Shown here: positions 41,453 to 50,911 of the stretch, in pieces | Layout of the letters: each line of letters begins with the position of its first letter | Numbering within the stretch: position 1 is the stretch's first letter | Assembly (NCBI GenBank): GCA_963781885.1 | Contig: CAWAHW010000005.1 | Location: 64,001-128,000, forward strand | Source of the DNA: an uncultured Spirochaetota bacterium | GTDB taxonomy: Bacteria > Spirochaetota > Spirochaetia > SZUA-6 > Fen-1364 | DNA: 64,000 nucleotides | Direction: 5' to 3' | Notes under the pieces: model-generated | What the model saw: the letters and a program-made list of their open reading frames with translations, nothing else | Databases searched by the model: none | Told to the model about the DNA's origin: nothing | Made by a program: the position numbers and the translations under genes

Positions 41453-42212
41453 AAAGCGCGTCATCGTCTGCCTCGACGTCAAAGACGGCAGGACCACGAA
41501 GGGAATCAAGTTCAGGGACAACGTGGACGTCGGCGACCCCGTGGAGATGGCGCGGCTGTACTACGAGCAGGGCGTCGACGAGCTCGTCTTCTACGACATC
41601 ACCGCCTCCGCGGAACGGCGCGCCATTCGCATCGAAACGGTGCGCCGGGTGGCCGAGCAGGTATTCATCCCATTCTCCGTGGGCGGCGGCATCTCCACCG
41701 CCGAAGAGATGCGGGAGGTCCTGCTGGCAGGAGCGGAAAAGGTGAGCCTCAATTCCGCTGCCGTGCGCAATCCCGCGATCATCACGGCCGGAGCCCAGCT
41801 CTACGGCAGCCAGTGCATCGTCCTGGGCATGGATGTTGCCCGCGACGCAGCGATGCCTTCGGGCTACGGGGTGGTCATCGACGGCGGGAGGACACGCGTC
41901 GGCTTTGACGCGCTGGAGTGGGCGCTTCGCGCCGAGGAGCTGGGCGCGGGAGAGATCGTGCTCAACTCCATCGATGCCGACGGTACACGGGAGGGCTATG
42001 AGCTCACCGTGACGGGCATGATCAGCCAGTCGGTGGGCATTCCCGTGGTGGCCTCGGGAGGCGCGGGCAAGCCCGAGCACCTTCTGTCAGTGTTCCGCGA
42101 TGCCCGCGCCGACGCGGCGTTGATCGCTTCGATGGTGCACTACGGGGAATGGACCGTCCGGGGGATCAAGCAGTACCTCACGGAGCACAGGATACTCGTC
42201 CGGCAGGCGTGA
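41445..42212 (+). CDS. hisF: Imidazole glycerol phosphate synthase cyclase subunit
   Basis: [39 protein letters not shown]. Confidence 0.96.
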   Translation: MLEKRVIVCLDVKDGRTTKGIKFRDNVDVGDPVEMARLYYEQGVDELVFYDITASAERRAIRIETVRRVAEQVFIPFSVGGGISTAEEMREVLLAGAEKVSLNSAAVRNPAIITAGAQLYGSQCIVLGMDVARDAAMPSGYGVVIDGGRTRVGFDALEWALRAEELGAGEIVLNSIDADGTREGYELTVTGMISQSVGIPVVASGGAGKPEHLLSVFRDARADAALIASMVHYGEWTVRGIKQYLTEHRILVRQA

Positions 42213-42260
42213 ACGACCGCCGGAAGGCGTTCGGCGCGCGGTGCCGGGATCTCCGGTCTG

Positions 42261-42289
42261 TTGCCACGCCTGCCGATTGGCGCTATATT
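42261..42289 (+). promoter_or_regulatory. Sigma70 promoter for the zinc-ribbon gene
   Basis: TTGCCA-N17-TATATT. Confidence 0.6.
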
Positions 42290-42369
42290 TGAGAAAACTA
42301 TAGTTTCCGAACCGGGCGTTGGTCCGGTTGTCGCTGGAGCGCGTTGAACGGGAGTCAGGAGTTCAGGGT

Positions 42370-42690
42370 ATGCCCACATACGAATATGCATGCACGAAGT
42401 GCGGACATACATTCGAAGCAATTCAGAGCATGAATGACAAGCCGCTGTCCCGGTGCCCTGTCTGCAAGTCCGCCGTGCGCCGTGTCATCAATGGCGGGAT
42501 CGGGATCATTTTCAAGGGCAGCGGTTTCTACTCGACGGACAACAAGAAAGGTTCCATCCTCACGAGCGGCAATGGCGGCTCGAAGGACAACGGAAACGGT
42601 AACGGCAAGGAAAAAGAGAAAGCCGCCGAGAAGCCGAAGGAAACGACACCCACCGATTCGAGCTCCAAGGAAAAAGCGGCCGCTTCCTGA
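42370..42690 (+). CDS. FmdB-family zinc ribbon protein
   Basis: MPTYEYACTKCGH...CPVC...FKGSGFYSTD. Confidence 0.93.
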   Translation: MPTYEYACTKCGHTFEAIQSMNDKPLSRCPVCKSAVRRVINGGIGIIFKGSGFYSTDNKKGSILTSGNGGSKDNGNGNGKEKEKAAEKPKETTPTDSSSKEKAAAS

Positions 42691-42702
42691 AGCCTTCGTT
42701 GC

Positions 42703-43866
42703 TCAGCCCCTGACGATCTCCACCGTTTCAAGCGCCTGTGCAAGAAGAGGCTCCACTTCGAGCCTTTTGTATGACAGGTCCATCTTGTGTTTGTCGGGGT
42801 GGATCAGCGGATGCTCGGGGGCGAAGAGCACGCAGCAGTCGGCGTAGGGAAGGTTGGACGTCTCGAACGTATCGATTTTCTGCGCCACCGCGATGATCTC
42901 CTCCTTGTTCATGCCGACGAGCGGCCGGAATACCGGCAGGTCAGTATAGGATCCGGTGAAATGCATGCTTTCCACCGTCTGGCTCGCCACCTGGCCGAGG
43001 CTTTCACCGGTCACCAGGCACATCGAGCCAAGCCTCTCCGCCAGCAGGGTTGCGAATCGCATCATGCAGGCCCGCAGCAGGAGGGTGATCTCCTCCGCCT
43101 GGGCTTTCTCCTTGATCCGCGCGAGCACCGGTGTGAAGTGGACGACGTGGAGCGCAATGCCGGGCATCCACGCGGCGAGCCGGTGCGTGAGGGTCTCCAC
43201 CTTCTCACGCGCCTTCTCCGAGGTGAAGGGCGCCGAGTGGAAGTACACCGCGTGGACGGCCATGCCCCGCTTCGCCATCATCCAGCCTGCCACGGGTGAG
43301 TCGATGCCGCCGGAGAGAAGCAGAAGCCCGCGGCCCGAGCTGCCATTAGGCAGGCCGTAGGGGCCGCCCGTGGAGGGTCCATAGAGGTAAGCGCGCTCGC
43401 GTATCTCCACCGAAAGAACCCAGTCAGGAGTGTGGACGTCCACCTTCAGCTCGGGAAAGCTCCCGCACAGCGCATCGCCGAGCCTGCAGGCGATCTCATA
43501 CGAGGTGAGCGGGAATCTTTTCTCCGCCCTGCGCACCTCCGCCTTGAACCGGTTGCCCAGCCCTGCCGCCAGATAGCGCGCGGCGAGCGCCAGCCCGGCC
43601 TTTTCGATGGCCTCGATGGCAAGCTCCGCCTGCACCGCTTCGCAGAACGAGACGATGCCGAAGGTGCGCGCAAGGGCGGCGGTGACCTGTGCCGCGTCGG
43701 CTGGCGCGCACCGGACGAACACCCGGTGAAAAGTCTCAATGACGGAAAGCTGCACGTGGGGAAGCCTCGCGCGGATGGAATCTTTCAGGTACCGGACGAA
43801 AGCGCCCCGGTTGCGCTTTTTCAGCGCGATCTCACCGTACTTGATGAGGAAAAGCGTCTCGCTCAT
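42703..43866 (-). CDS. thiI: tRNA 4-thiouridine synthase ThiI (no rhodanese domain)
   Basis: KYGEIALK, THUMP region, LLSGGIDSPVA, TGESLGQVASQT, DCC. Confidence 0.96.
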   Translation of the reverse strand: MSETLFLIKYGEIALKKRNRGAFVRYLKDSIRARLPHVQLSVIETFHRVFVRCAPADAAQVTAALARTFGIVSFCEAVQAELAIEAIEKAGLALAARYLAAGLGNRFKAEVRRAEKRFPLTSYEIACRLGDALCGSFPELKVDVHTPDWVLSVEIRERAYLYGPSTGGPYGLPNGSSGRGLLLLSGGIDSPVAGWMMAKRGMAVHAVYFHSAPFTSEKAREKVETLTHRLAAWMPGIALHVVHFTPVLARIKEKAQAEEITLLLRACMMRFATLLAERLGSMCLVTGESLGQVASQTVESMHFTGSYTDLPVFRPLVGMNKEEIIAVAQKIDTFETSNLPYADCCVLFAPEHPLIHPDKHKMDLSYKRLEVEPLLAQALETVEIVRG

Positions 43867-45062
43867 GAGCCGCCCCGCGAGATTGCCGCCAGGGGGGGAA
43901 TGTCCCTCTGCATCATGTCGATGAATGCGTCGATTTCTTCACGTCGTGTCGACGGCCCCGTGGAGATGCGCACCATGCAGCGCGCTGTTTCTTCCGGGAG
44001 GCCCATGCTCTCCGGTACCCGGGTACGGTCCTTTTTCTTCGTCGAGCACGCGGCGCCGCTTGCGATGCAGAACCTTGCCGCATCGGCGGTGCGCACCACG
44101 ACCTCGGCGGGCAGGGGCGGGAATCCGACCGACACGATCCACGGCGAGAAACGCGGGTCGTCTCCGTCCTGCCGCGTGAGGGGCAGCACCCACGCGCCGC
44201 GTATCGCGGTGAGGCCCTCCAGAAGACGCCGGGCATTGGCCCGGGCCGCGGCCATATCCTCTGGCAGCCGCGCGATCCGCGTCGCAAGGGCTGCCGTGAA
44301 CGCCGCGATGCCGGCGAGGTTTTCCGTGCCCGGTCTGCGCCCTGCTTCCTGTCCGCCGCCGATGCCGAGGAATGACGGCGCGTGCCCCGCCTTCAGGTAA
44401 AGCGCGCCGACGCCCCGCGGCGCGCCGATCTTGTGGCCGCTGAAGGAGGCTGCATCGACGTCCATGTCGCGCAGGGAGAACGGGATCTTTGCGAGCGCCT
44501 GCACGGCGTCCGTGTGCAAAAGGATCCTGCGCCCCTTGCGCGCGGAGAACTCCCGCACGATGCGCGCGATACCCGCGATGTCCTGGACCGCGCCCGTCTC
44601 GTTGTTGACGAGCATCACCGAGACCATCACGGTGTCGTCCTCCAGCGCTTCGCCCAGCGCGTCCGGGCTCACCCTGCCGTCGGGCCTCGGCCGCACGACC
44701 GTGCACGCGATCCCGTGCCCCTCCAGGCTCCGCGCCTGCTCATAGATGGAGGCGTGCTCGATGCCGGTGGTGATGACGCGGGTCTTCTGTCGCTCCACGC
44801 CCCCGAGCCGGTGCCGGGTCAGGAGGGAGAGGAGCACGTCGGTATTCGATTCGGTGCCGCCCGACGTGAAGACGATTTCTTTCGCATCGATGCCGAGGGA
44901 TGCCGCACACTGCGCGCGGCACTGCGCGAGCTTTTCCTCGGCAGACCTGCCCGCGCGGTGCGGCGAGGAAGGGTTGGCAAAGTATCGCACGGATACATCC
45001 CGCGCCTCTTCCAGGGCGGCAGGCTCCGGCGGCGCGGAGGCCGCCCAGTCCAGATATGTCAT
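43863..45062 (-). CDS. Cysteine desulfurase (IscS/NifZ-like) paired with thiI
   Basis: YLDWAAS, FTSGGTESN, HTDAVQ, SGHKIG, RPGTEN, SGAACS. Confidence 0.93.
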   Translation of the reverse strand: MTYLDWAASAPPEPAALEEARDVSVRYFANPSSPHRAGRSAEEKLAQCRAQCAASLGIDAKEIVFTSGGTESNTDVLLSLLTRHRLGGVERQKTRVITTGIEHASIYEQARSLEGHGIACTVVRPRPDGRVSPDALGEALEDDTVMVSVMLVNNETGAVQDIAGIARIVREFSARKGRRILLHTDAVQALAKIPFSLRDMDVDAASFSGHKIGAPRGVGALYLKAGHAPSFLGIGGGQEAGRRPGTENLAGIAAFTAALATRIARLPEDMAAARANARRLLEGLTAIRGAWVLPLTRQDGDDPRFSPWIVSVGFPPLPAEVVVRTADAARFCIASGAACSTKKKDRTRVPESMGLPEETARCMVRISTGPSTRREEIDAFIDMMQRDIPPLAAISRGGS

Positions 45063-45164
45063 GCTCTCCGTGTTCGGGTTCACTCTGCCTCTTGACTTCC
45101 CGCGGCTTGGAAAAGGGGACCCGGGCGGCCGCAACGCTTCCTGGCAGGATGCGCCGGAAAGTCC

Positions 45165-45193
45165 TTGCAACAACCGGCCTCAATCGATAAAAT
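45165..45193 (+). promoter_or_regulatory. Sigma70 promoter for the ArsR gene
   Basis: TTGCAA-N17-TAAAAT. Confidence 0.7.
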
Positions 45194-45215
45194 CCAGTGC
45201 AAAATACCGAAGAGT

Positions 45216-45512
45216 ATGGAAAAAAACAAGCTTGTATCGAAGAGCAACGGTCGCGACGAGATGGCGCACATGGCGCGGACGCTGAAGGTCTGCGGTCACC
45301 CCATCCGCCTGAAGCTCCTGCGCGCGATCGAAAGCTCGGAGCCCTGCGTTTCCGACCTGTGGCACTGCGTGGAAGAGCCGCAGCCCGTTGTCTCCCAGCA
45401 TCTTGCCGTGCTCAAGAAGGAAGGCATCGTTTCTTCCCGCACGGAAGGCAACCGGCGCATCTATTCCGTATCGGATCCCTGGGTCAAGGACCTGCTCGCC
45501 CGGATGGAATAG
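45216..45512 (+). CDS. ArsR/SmtB family transcriptional regulator
   Basis: LKVCGHPIRLKLL, PCVSDL, VSQHLAVLK, GNRRIYS. Confidence 0.92.
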   Translation: MEKNKLVSKSNGRDEMAHMARTLKVCGHPIRLKLLRAIESSEPCVSDLWHCVEEPQPVVSQHLAVLKKEGIVSSRTEGNRRIYSVSDPWVKDLLARME

Positions 45513-45546
45513 GAGCTCCCGGACCGAGCGGTACGTCCGGCTTCTC

Positions 45547-47094
45547 TCAGATGGTGAGAGTGGGTACCCATATCCTGATGAAGCTGACCACAAGGGTTAG
45601 GAAATTAATGATCAAAGTGAAAAAGCCCGTCCAAATGCCGATATTTGTGAAGTTCTTCTGCGTGTTCGTCCAGGCATTGGGGACTACCACAATCACCGCT
45701 CCCGGTGGCACATTCGACGTCAGCCCGACCTTCGTCTTGTTGCCTGCCTTGTCCACGAAGTAGATGCCGTTTGGATCCCCCGTGTCGGGATTGATGCCTC
45801 CCGAAGCCACGAGGTAGTCGCTCACGACGAGCGCCGGGTTGTAGGGCAGCTTGCCGGGCGTCCGCACTTCCCCGGCCACGAAGACATCGATCGCCATCGG
45901 CACGTCCACCGTGTCGCCGGGCTGGAGCGCAACGTCCTTGGCAGGGTCGCGAGTGGCCCAGAGCGAATCGACGTCCAGCATCATACGGTCGCCGGTCTTT
46001 TTCCTGATGATGAATGCCTGCTTCGCCTGGGCATAGGGCGTCGGTCCGCCGAGCGATTCCAGGACAGTAATGAGGGAGAGCCCCGGCGTGTAGGGAATGT
46101 TGACCGAGATCGGCATCAGCGGGATTGGAACAGGCTTGTCCGTGGAAACCGGGGCGCCGAAGAGCGCGCCCGTCACGAGCACCATGTCGCCATTCTCCAC
46201 GATGGACGGGACCCTGACACGGTCCGCGTCGACGAGAGCCGTGGAAGCCTGCGACGCGACATCGAGTATCTTCTGCGTCGTGCTGCCGTCGGGATTGATC
46301 CTGACGATCTCCACGCTCGTTGTGCGCGCGTCGGGAAGCGTTCCTCCCGCATACGCCAGAAGGGCGCCGAGCGTTTCTCCCGGGATGAGCTCGTAGGGCC
46401 CGGGGAATTTCACCTCCCCGGTCAGGGTGACGGTGACCTGCGCCTGCGGTACGTATATCTTGTCGCCCGGCTCGAGATAGGGGTTCTCCTCAGATGCCCC
46501 CTCCCCCGAGTATTTCAAAAGGTCGATGACGATCTTTTTGTCGCCGCGGATCAGCGAGACCTGGCGATACGTCCCGCCGGGAAGCCTGCCGGAAACGGCC
46601 AGCACGTCCGACACGCGGGAAAGCGGGTAGACCGTGACCATGCCCGGCTTCTGCACGCCGCCGAAAACGGCCACATCGAAACGCGCCGGTGCCAGCATCG
46701 TCAGGCTCACGAACTGTGCGAGCGGCAGGAGCTTTTTGACCCCCTGGGTGATCATGGTCCGCAGATCGCTGAAATACATTCCTTTGACGTTCTTCGTGCC
46801 CATGTAGGGGATGTCGATGTCGTAGTTTTCCTGGAGCGCCAGGGGGAACGTGGCGGTGGTATCGGTCGTGATGGAAAGCTGGTAGACGTCGCCCGGCGTG
46901 ATCTTGTACCGGGTCGAGCTCATGATCCTTTGCGCGATCTGTGCCGGGTCACCGCCCTGGAAAGCCGCGCTCGATGCCCCTGCCGCGCCGAAGCCGGGCG
47001 CGGTGGAGCCGGGCGCGGTGGAGCCGGGCGCCTGGGCGAAGGAGACGACAGCAATGGCGGCCAGCACAATGACCACGGAGAGAAATCGCTTCAT
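45547..47094 (-). CDS. SLBB-repeat polysaccharide export (Wza-like) protein
   Basis: Signal peptide; YKITPGD, GGVQKPG, GEVKFPGPY, GEVRTPG SLBB repeats; C-terminal amphipathic helix. Confidence 0.85.
   Translation of the reverse strand: MKRFLSVVIVLAAIAVVSFAQAPGSTAPGSTAPGFGAAGASSAAFQGGDPAQIAQRIMSSTRYKITPGDVYQLSITTDTTATFPLALQENYDIDIPYMGTKNVKGMYFSDLRTMITQGVKKLLPLAQFVSLTMLAPARFDVAVFGGVQKPGMVTVYPLSRVSDVLAVSGRLPGGTYRQVSLIRGDKKIVIDLLKYSGEGASEENPYLEPGDKIYVPQAQVTVTLTGEVKFPGPYELIPGETLGALLAYAGGTLPDARTTSVEIVRINPDGSTTQKILDVASQASTALVDADRVRVPSIVENGDMVLVTGALFGAPVSTDKPVPIPLMPISVNIPYTPGLSLITVLESLGGPTPYAQAKQAFIIRKKTGDRMMLDVDSLWATRDPAKDVALQPGDTVDVPMAIDVFVAGEVRTPGKLPYNPALVVSDYLVASGGINPDTGDPNGIYFVDKAGNKTKVGLTSNVPPGAVIVVVPNAWTNTQKNFTNIGIWTGFFTLIINFLTLVVSFIRIWVPTLTI
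46992..47031 (-). repeat. 15-bp tandem repeat (APGST, about 2.7 copies) after the signal peptide
   Basis: agccgggcgcggtgg repeated on the plus strand. Confidence 0.8.
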
Positions 47095-47101
47095 GCCGGG
47101 C

Positions 47102-47172
47102 AGTCTAAGCCGAATGCCATGAGGCGTCAAGTTTTCACCGGCCTTGCCCCTGCTTCGGCTCCACGCTATGTT
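47102..47172. promoter_or_regulatory. Divergent sigma70 promoters, each ending 6-7 nt before an ATG
   Basis: Minus strand TTGACG-N17-TAGACT-N7-ATG; plus strand TTGCCC-N17-TATGTT-N6-ATG. Confidence 0.7.
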
Positions 47173-47178
47173 CCTGTC

Positions 47179-47592
47179 ATGCACGAGTGGGCCCTTGCTG
47201 AAGCAGTCATTGAGGCGACCTCTTCCGCGCTTGCCGGGCGCGATCCCTCGTGCCTGAAATCGGTGAACGTGCGCATTGGAGAGCTGCAGGGCATCGACCG
47301 CGGCGTCTTCGACTTCGCCCTTTCCTCGCTGCGAAAGGAAAAGCCATTCGGCGGCGCTTCGTTCACGCTCGAAACGGAGCCTGCCGCCCTCTGCTGCCGC
47401 GCCTGCGGCACGGAATGGGGATTGGCGCAGTCCCCGGGACTCACACCGGAAAACCGCGAAGCGATACATTTCCTCCCCGAGGCAGCCCATGCCTTTATCC
47501 GCTGCCCGTCCTGCGGCAGCCCCGACTACGAGGTCGCGCGCGGACGGGGAGTGAGCATCGAAAGCATCGGCATCCTCGAATCCTGCCTATGA
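47179..47592 (+). CDS. hypA: Hydrogenase nickel metallochaperone HypA, long Thermococcales type
   Basis: MHEWALA start, IGELQ, CRACG, EAIHFLPE insert, CPSCGS, RGRGV. Confidence 0.93.
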   Translation: MHEWALAEAVIEATSSALAGRDPSCLKSVNVRIGELQGIDRGVFDFALSSLRKEKPFGGASFTLETEPAALCCRACGTEWGLAQSPGLTPENREAIHFLPEAAHAFIRCPSCGSPDYEVARGRGVSIESIGILESCL

Positions 47593-48342
47593 TCGACCCG
47601 CGCGAATCGGTTGTGAGAGCCCGGCTCGGCGGCATCCTGCGCATCATTGGTTTCTACTCGGCAAAGGGCGGCGTGGGAAAGACATTCTGCACGACGACGG
47701 CAGCGGCGGTGCTTGCGCGCGCCGGCAAGAGGGTGGGGGTGCTCGACCTCGACATGCAGGGAGCGAGCGCCCACATCTTTCTGGGAGTGCAGCCGCGAAT
47801 GCCCGCGGAGGAACGCGGCATCCTGCCGCTCCCCGTCGCGGAGAATCTCTGCTTCATGAGCGCTTCGATCTTTACCGCCGAAGCGCGCCCTTGCCCTGCG
47901 CGGTCCCGAGGTGTCCAGCGCCATCCGGGAGCTCCTGGCCGTCACCCAGTGGGGCGCGCTGGACTGCCTCCTCGTGGACATGCCCCCCGGCATCAGCGAT
48001 GAGGTTCTCGACCTTGCCCGCCTTATCCCGCGCCTGGAAGCCCTCGTGATTTCAACGCCGTCTTCCATCTCCGTGGCCGTGGTGCGCCGGCTTCTCTCCG
48101 TGCTCGCGGACATGCACGTGCCGGTTGCGGGCATCATTGCGAACATGGCGGCGGGCCGGGCCGTTTCGGTGAGGGAAATGGCGGCGCGAACGGGAAATGC
48201 ATTTGCCGGCGAGGTGCAGGCGGACGCCTCCGTAGAGGCGGCGATCGGCGACCTGGAGGGCCTGGCCTCGACACGGGCGGCATCGGACCTGCGCGGCGCG
48301 CTCGCCGTCGTCGGGCTGTTGCAGGCGTCCGAACCCTCTTAG
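47589..48342 (+). CDS. Mrp/MinD-family ATPase, ATPase-type HypB-like (apparent frameshift near 47881)
   Basis: MIDPRE...ARL start, SAKGGVGKT, DLDMQGASAH, WGALDCLLVDMPPG; coupled to hypA. Confidence 0.85.
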
Positions 48343-49556
48343 CGGGCTGTCGCGACTTCTGCATCCTTCCGTGCTTTTCTCTTGAACAAGCGGGCTATCG
48401 GCCATGGCAGGTAGAGGATGCCGAAAACGACGAGGCCCATGAGCTCGAGACCGAGCACGTAGCGGGGCGAGGGGCCGAAGATGTCGGAAAAGAGATCGAC
48501 GATGGAGCCGGTGGGAGGCGGATAGCCAAGAACGAAGTAATTCCCCGGGTCGTAGGGAGGCAGGAGGCCGAGGAGCCTGTCGATGCCGTACATCGGGATG
48601 AGAAGAATGTTCGTGACGATGAAGACCCGTACCAGCGACCGCAGCCTGATGGTGACACCGCCGGAAAGCGCCATGACCATGGCGCAGGTGATGATCAGAC
48701 CGTGTGAGATGAAAAATGAGAAGTACTTGAAGGCCGGGAACCCGCTCGTGCCGATATCGGGTGCGATGAGCGCCTGCAACGCGCCGCCGATTCCCCAGAA
48801 ATAGAGGATGTCAAACAGGATCTGGCGGGTCTTCTGTGAATCGGAGAGGAGCATGACGGGGAGGAGCATGATCGAGAGGCCGCACATCTGGAACATGAGC
48901 GCGCTTGAAACCGACCAGCCGCCGATGGAGAACCAGTACGCCTGGTAGATGAGCTCGTTCAGCCACATCGCTGCCGAAAGGACGAACGCCAAAGGGAGGA
49001 AACGCGACGATTGCTCCCGTCCCTGCCGCGTCACGCGCGCCCCGGTTCCGGCAAAGAGCCCCAGCCCGACCGCCGCCAGGATGATGAGGGCGATCGGAAT
49101 CAGGTGCTCGGGGGTCCAGGACTGAAACTCCCGGGCCGCGGTTCCTTCGCGCACCAGTATTCGCCGCGGGCTGCTCGTGACAGTGGCGCCATCGAGGCCC
49201 GTCAGGGAGCCCCGGAGGTCCCATGAACCGTCGGTCGGAAGCATGATGCGCGTCGACCACGAGGAGAGCGGGTACAAAGCCATTCCCTTGTACGTCACCT
49301 CGTCGCGGAGTGCGACCGTCCGGACTGTCTCTCCTCCTGCCCGGGGCACGGCCTCCACGACGATGGACGCAATTCCCTTCTGCATCCATGCGTCGCCGGA
49401 AACGACGAAAGACCTGTCGAGCGTGGCGACGCCCTCGGGGGACTTTATCCTGATGCCATTCATGGTGGAGAGACGGATCGTGAAGACGAGCTGGGTCCCG
49501 AGGATCAAGACGAATCCCGCGGCTATGAATATCACGCGCGATCGCGGCATTTTCAT
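48339..49556 (-). CDS. YwaF/TIGR02206-like membrane protein with an extra N-terminal soluble domain
   Basis: FQMCGLS, YFWGIGGALQALIAPD, FFISHG, NYFVLG, SIVDLF..GP.PRY. Confidence 0.8.
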   Translation of the reverse strand: MKMPRSRVIFIAAGFVLILGTQLVFTIRLSTMNGIRIKSPEGVATLDRSFVVSGDAWMQKGIASIVVEAVPRAGGETVRTVALRDEVTYKGMALYPLSSWSTRIMLPTDGSWDLRGSLTGLDGATVTSSPRRILVREGTAAREFQSWTPEHLIPIALIILAAVGLGLFAGTGARVTRQGREQSSRFLPLAFVLSAAMWLNELIYQAYWFSIGGWSVSSALMFQMCGLSIMLLPVMLLSDSQKTRQILFDILYFWGIGGALQALIAPDIGTSGFPAFKYFSFFISHGLIITCAMVMALSGGVTIRLRSLVRVFIVTNILLIPMYGIDRLLGLLPPYDPGNYFVLGYPPPTGSIVDLFSDIFGPSPRYVLGLELMGLVVFGILYLPWPIARLFKRKARKDAEVATAR

Positions 49557-49627
49557 CGGTGAATTATAGACCCGCGGGGATTGGAAAGAAAGCGGGGAAC
49601 CGTTTATTGTGCGGCAAGGGGGAACAC

Positions 49628-49939
49628 GTGAGCATTTTCGAGATCGCGATGCTTGTGTGCTTCGGCGCGGCATGGCCGGTATCCATTTACAAGTCGATAC
49701 GGACGCGCGCGGTGGCCGGCAAGAGCCTGCCCTTTCTTGTCATCGTCTTTGTCGGATACATCGCGGGAGTCCTGAACAAGCTCCTCATCCACTACGACCT
49801 TGTGATCTTCCTCTACATTCTGAACGCCGTCATGGTCGGCATTGACATCGCGCTCTACCTGAGGAATCGGCTCTATCACATCCACAAGAGTCTCCGGGAG
49901 GCAGAGGCGGCCGCGAAAAAGTCCGGGGCGCCTGCATGA
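49628..49939 (+). CDS. PQ-loop/SemiSWEET-like small membrane protein
   Basis: MSIFEIAMLVCFGAAWPVSIYKS...GKS..FL, three TM helices. Confidence 0.8.
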   Translation: MSIFEIAMLVCFGAAWPVSIYKSIRTRAVAGKSLPFLVIVFVGYIAGVLNKLLIHYDLVIFLYILNAVMVGIDIALYLRNRLYHIHKSLREAEAAAKKSGAPA

Positions 49940-50425
49940 GCGTGCTCATTGCCTTTCGCGGCAGATATGGGACAACGGCCGGCTGCGCCCGCGACCTCGC
50001 CGCGCTTCTACGGTCGCCCTGCACCCTCGCCGACCTCGCGCGGACCCCTTCGGTGGATATCTCCTCATTCGACACGGTCGTGATTGGAGGAGCGATTTAC
50101 GGCGGCAAGATCCTTCCGCCGGTGACGGATTTCTGCGAGCGCCATCGGGACGAGCTTCTGGAAAAGAAGGTCGGCGTCTTCATCTGCTGCCTGTCGCGGG
50201 GCGCCCATGCCCGCGCGCAGCTCGCGGAGGCATTCCCGGAGTGGCTTTTGGCGCGCACCTTTGCCCAGGCATTTGCCGGAGGGGAGATCCGCCGCGCGCG
50301 GCTCAGCCTCCTGGATCGGCTGCTCGTGCGCAGGCTTGCCCCGGACAAAGGGCGATATTTCCCTCCTGGACGCCGCGGCTCTCCGCGCCCTGGCAGATTC
50401 GGTCAACTCACTGGCCGGGACGTGA
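49936..50425 (+). CDS. Flavodoxin-domain (HemG-like) protein (apparent frameshift near 50350)
   Basis: GRYGTTAGCA, FDTVVIGGAIYGG, KKVGVFICC, FAGG. Confidence 0.82.
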
Positions 50426-50506
50426 TCAGGGCCGTAGTTGAGCCCATCGTTTGCGCGCGGGGGTCTTCGCGTTATGATGGGGGCGTGGACGCGACAGGAG
50501 GGTCGG

Positions 50507-50911
50507 ATGATCGACAGGATGAGTGAAGAGATCGTGCGGGCGATGCTGGAGGCCATCCCTCTGGAGACGACCGTGATCGACGCGGACGATGAGGTGATCG
50601 GCTGGAACAAGCATGACACGCGGCTCTTCCATCGCCCCATGACCTCCATGGGCCTGAACTTCCGGGAATGCCACCCGCCGGAGAGTCTTGCCAAGGTGGA
50701 GCAGATCGTCGGGGAAATGAGGGATGGCACGCGCGACAAGGCCCGGTTCTGGATCGATCTGGAGGTCGAAAAAGGCGCTCCCCGGCACAAGGTCCTGATC
50801 GAGTTCTATGCGCTGCGTGATCCGCAAGGGCGATATCTCGGCTGCATGGAATGCACGCAGGACATTCAGGACATCATGGCTCTTCAAGGCCAGAGGAGGC
50901 TGCTCGACTGA
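50507..50911 (+). CDS. Stand-alone PAS-domain protein (DUF438 C-terminal type)
   Basis: LEAIPLETTVIDADD, ECHPPES, FWID, YALRD..GRYLGCMECTQD. Confidence 0.88.
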   Translation: MIDRMSEEIVRAMLEAIPLETTVIDADDEVIGWNKHDTRLFHRPMTSMGLNFRECHPPESLAKVEQIVGEMRDGTRDKARFWIDLEVEKGAPRHKVLIEFYALRDPQGRYLGCMECTQDIQDIMALQGQRRLLD

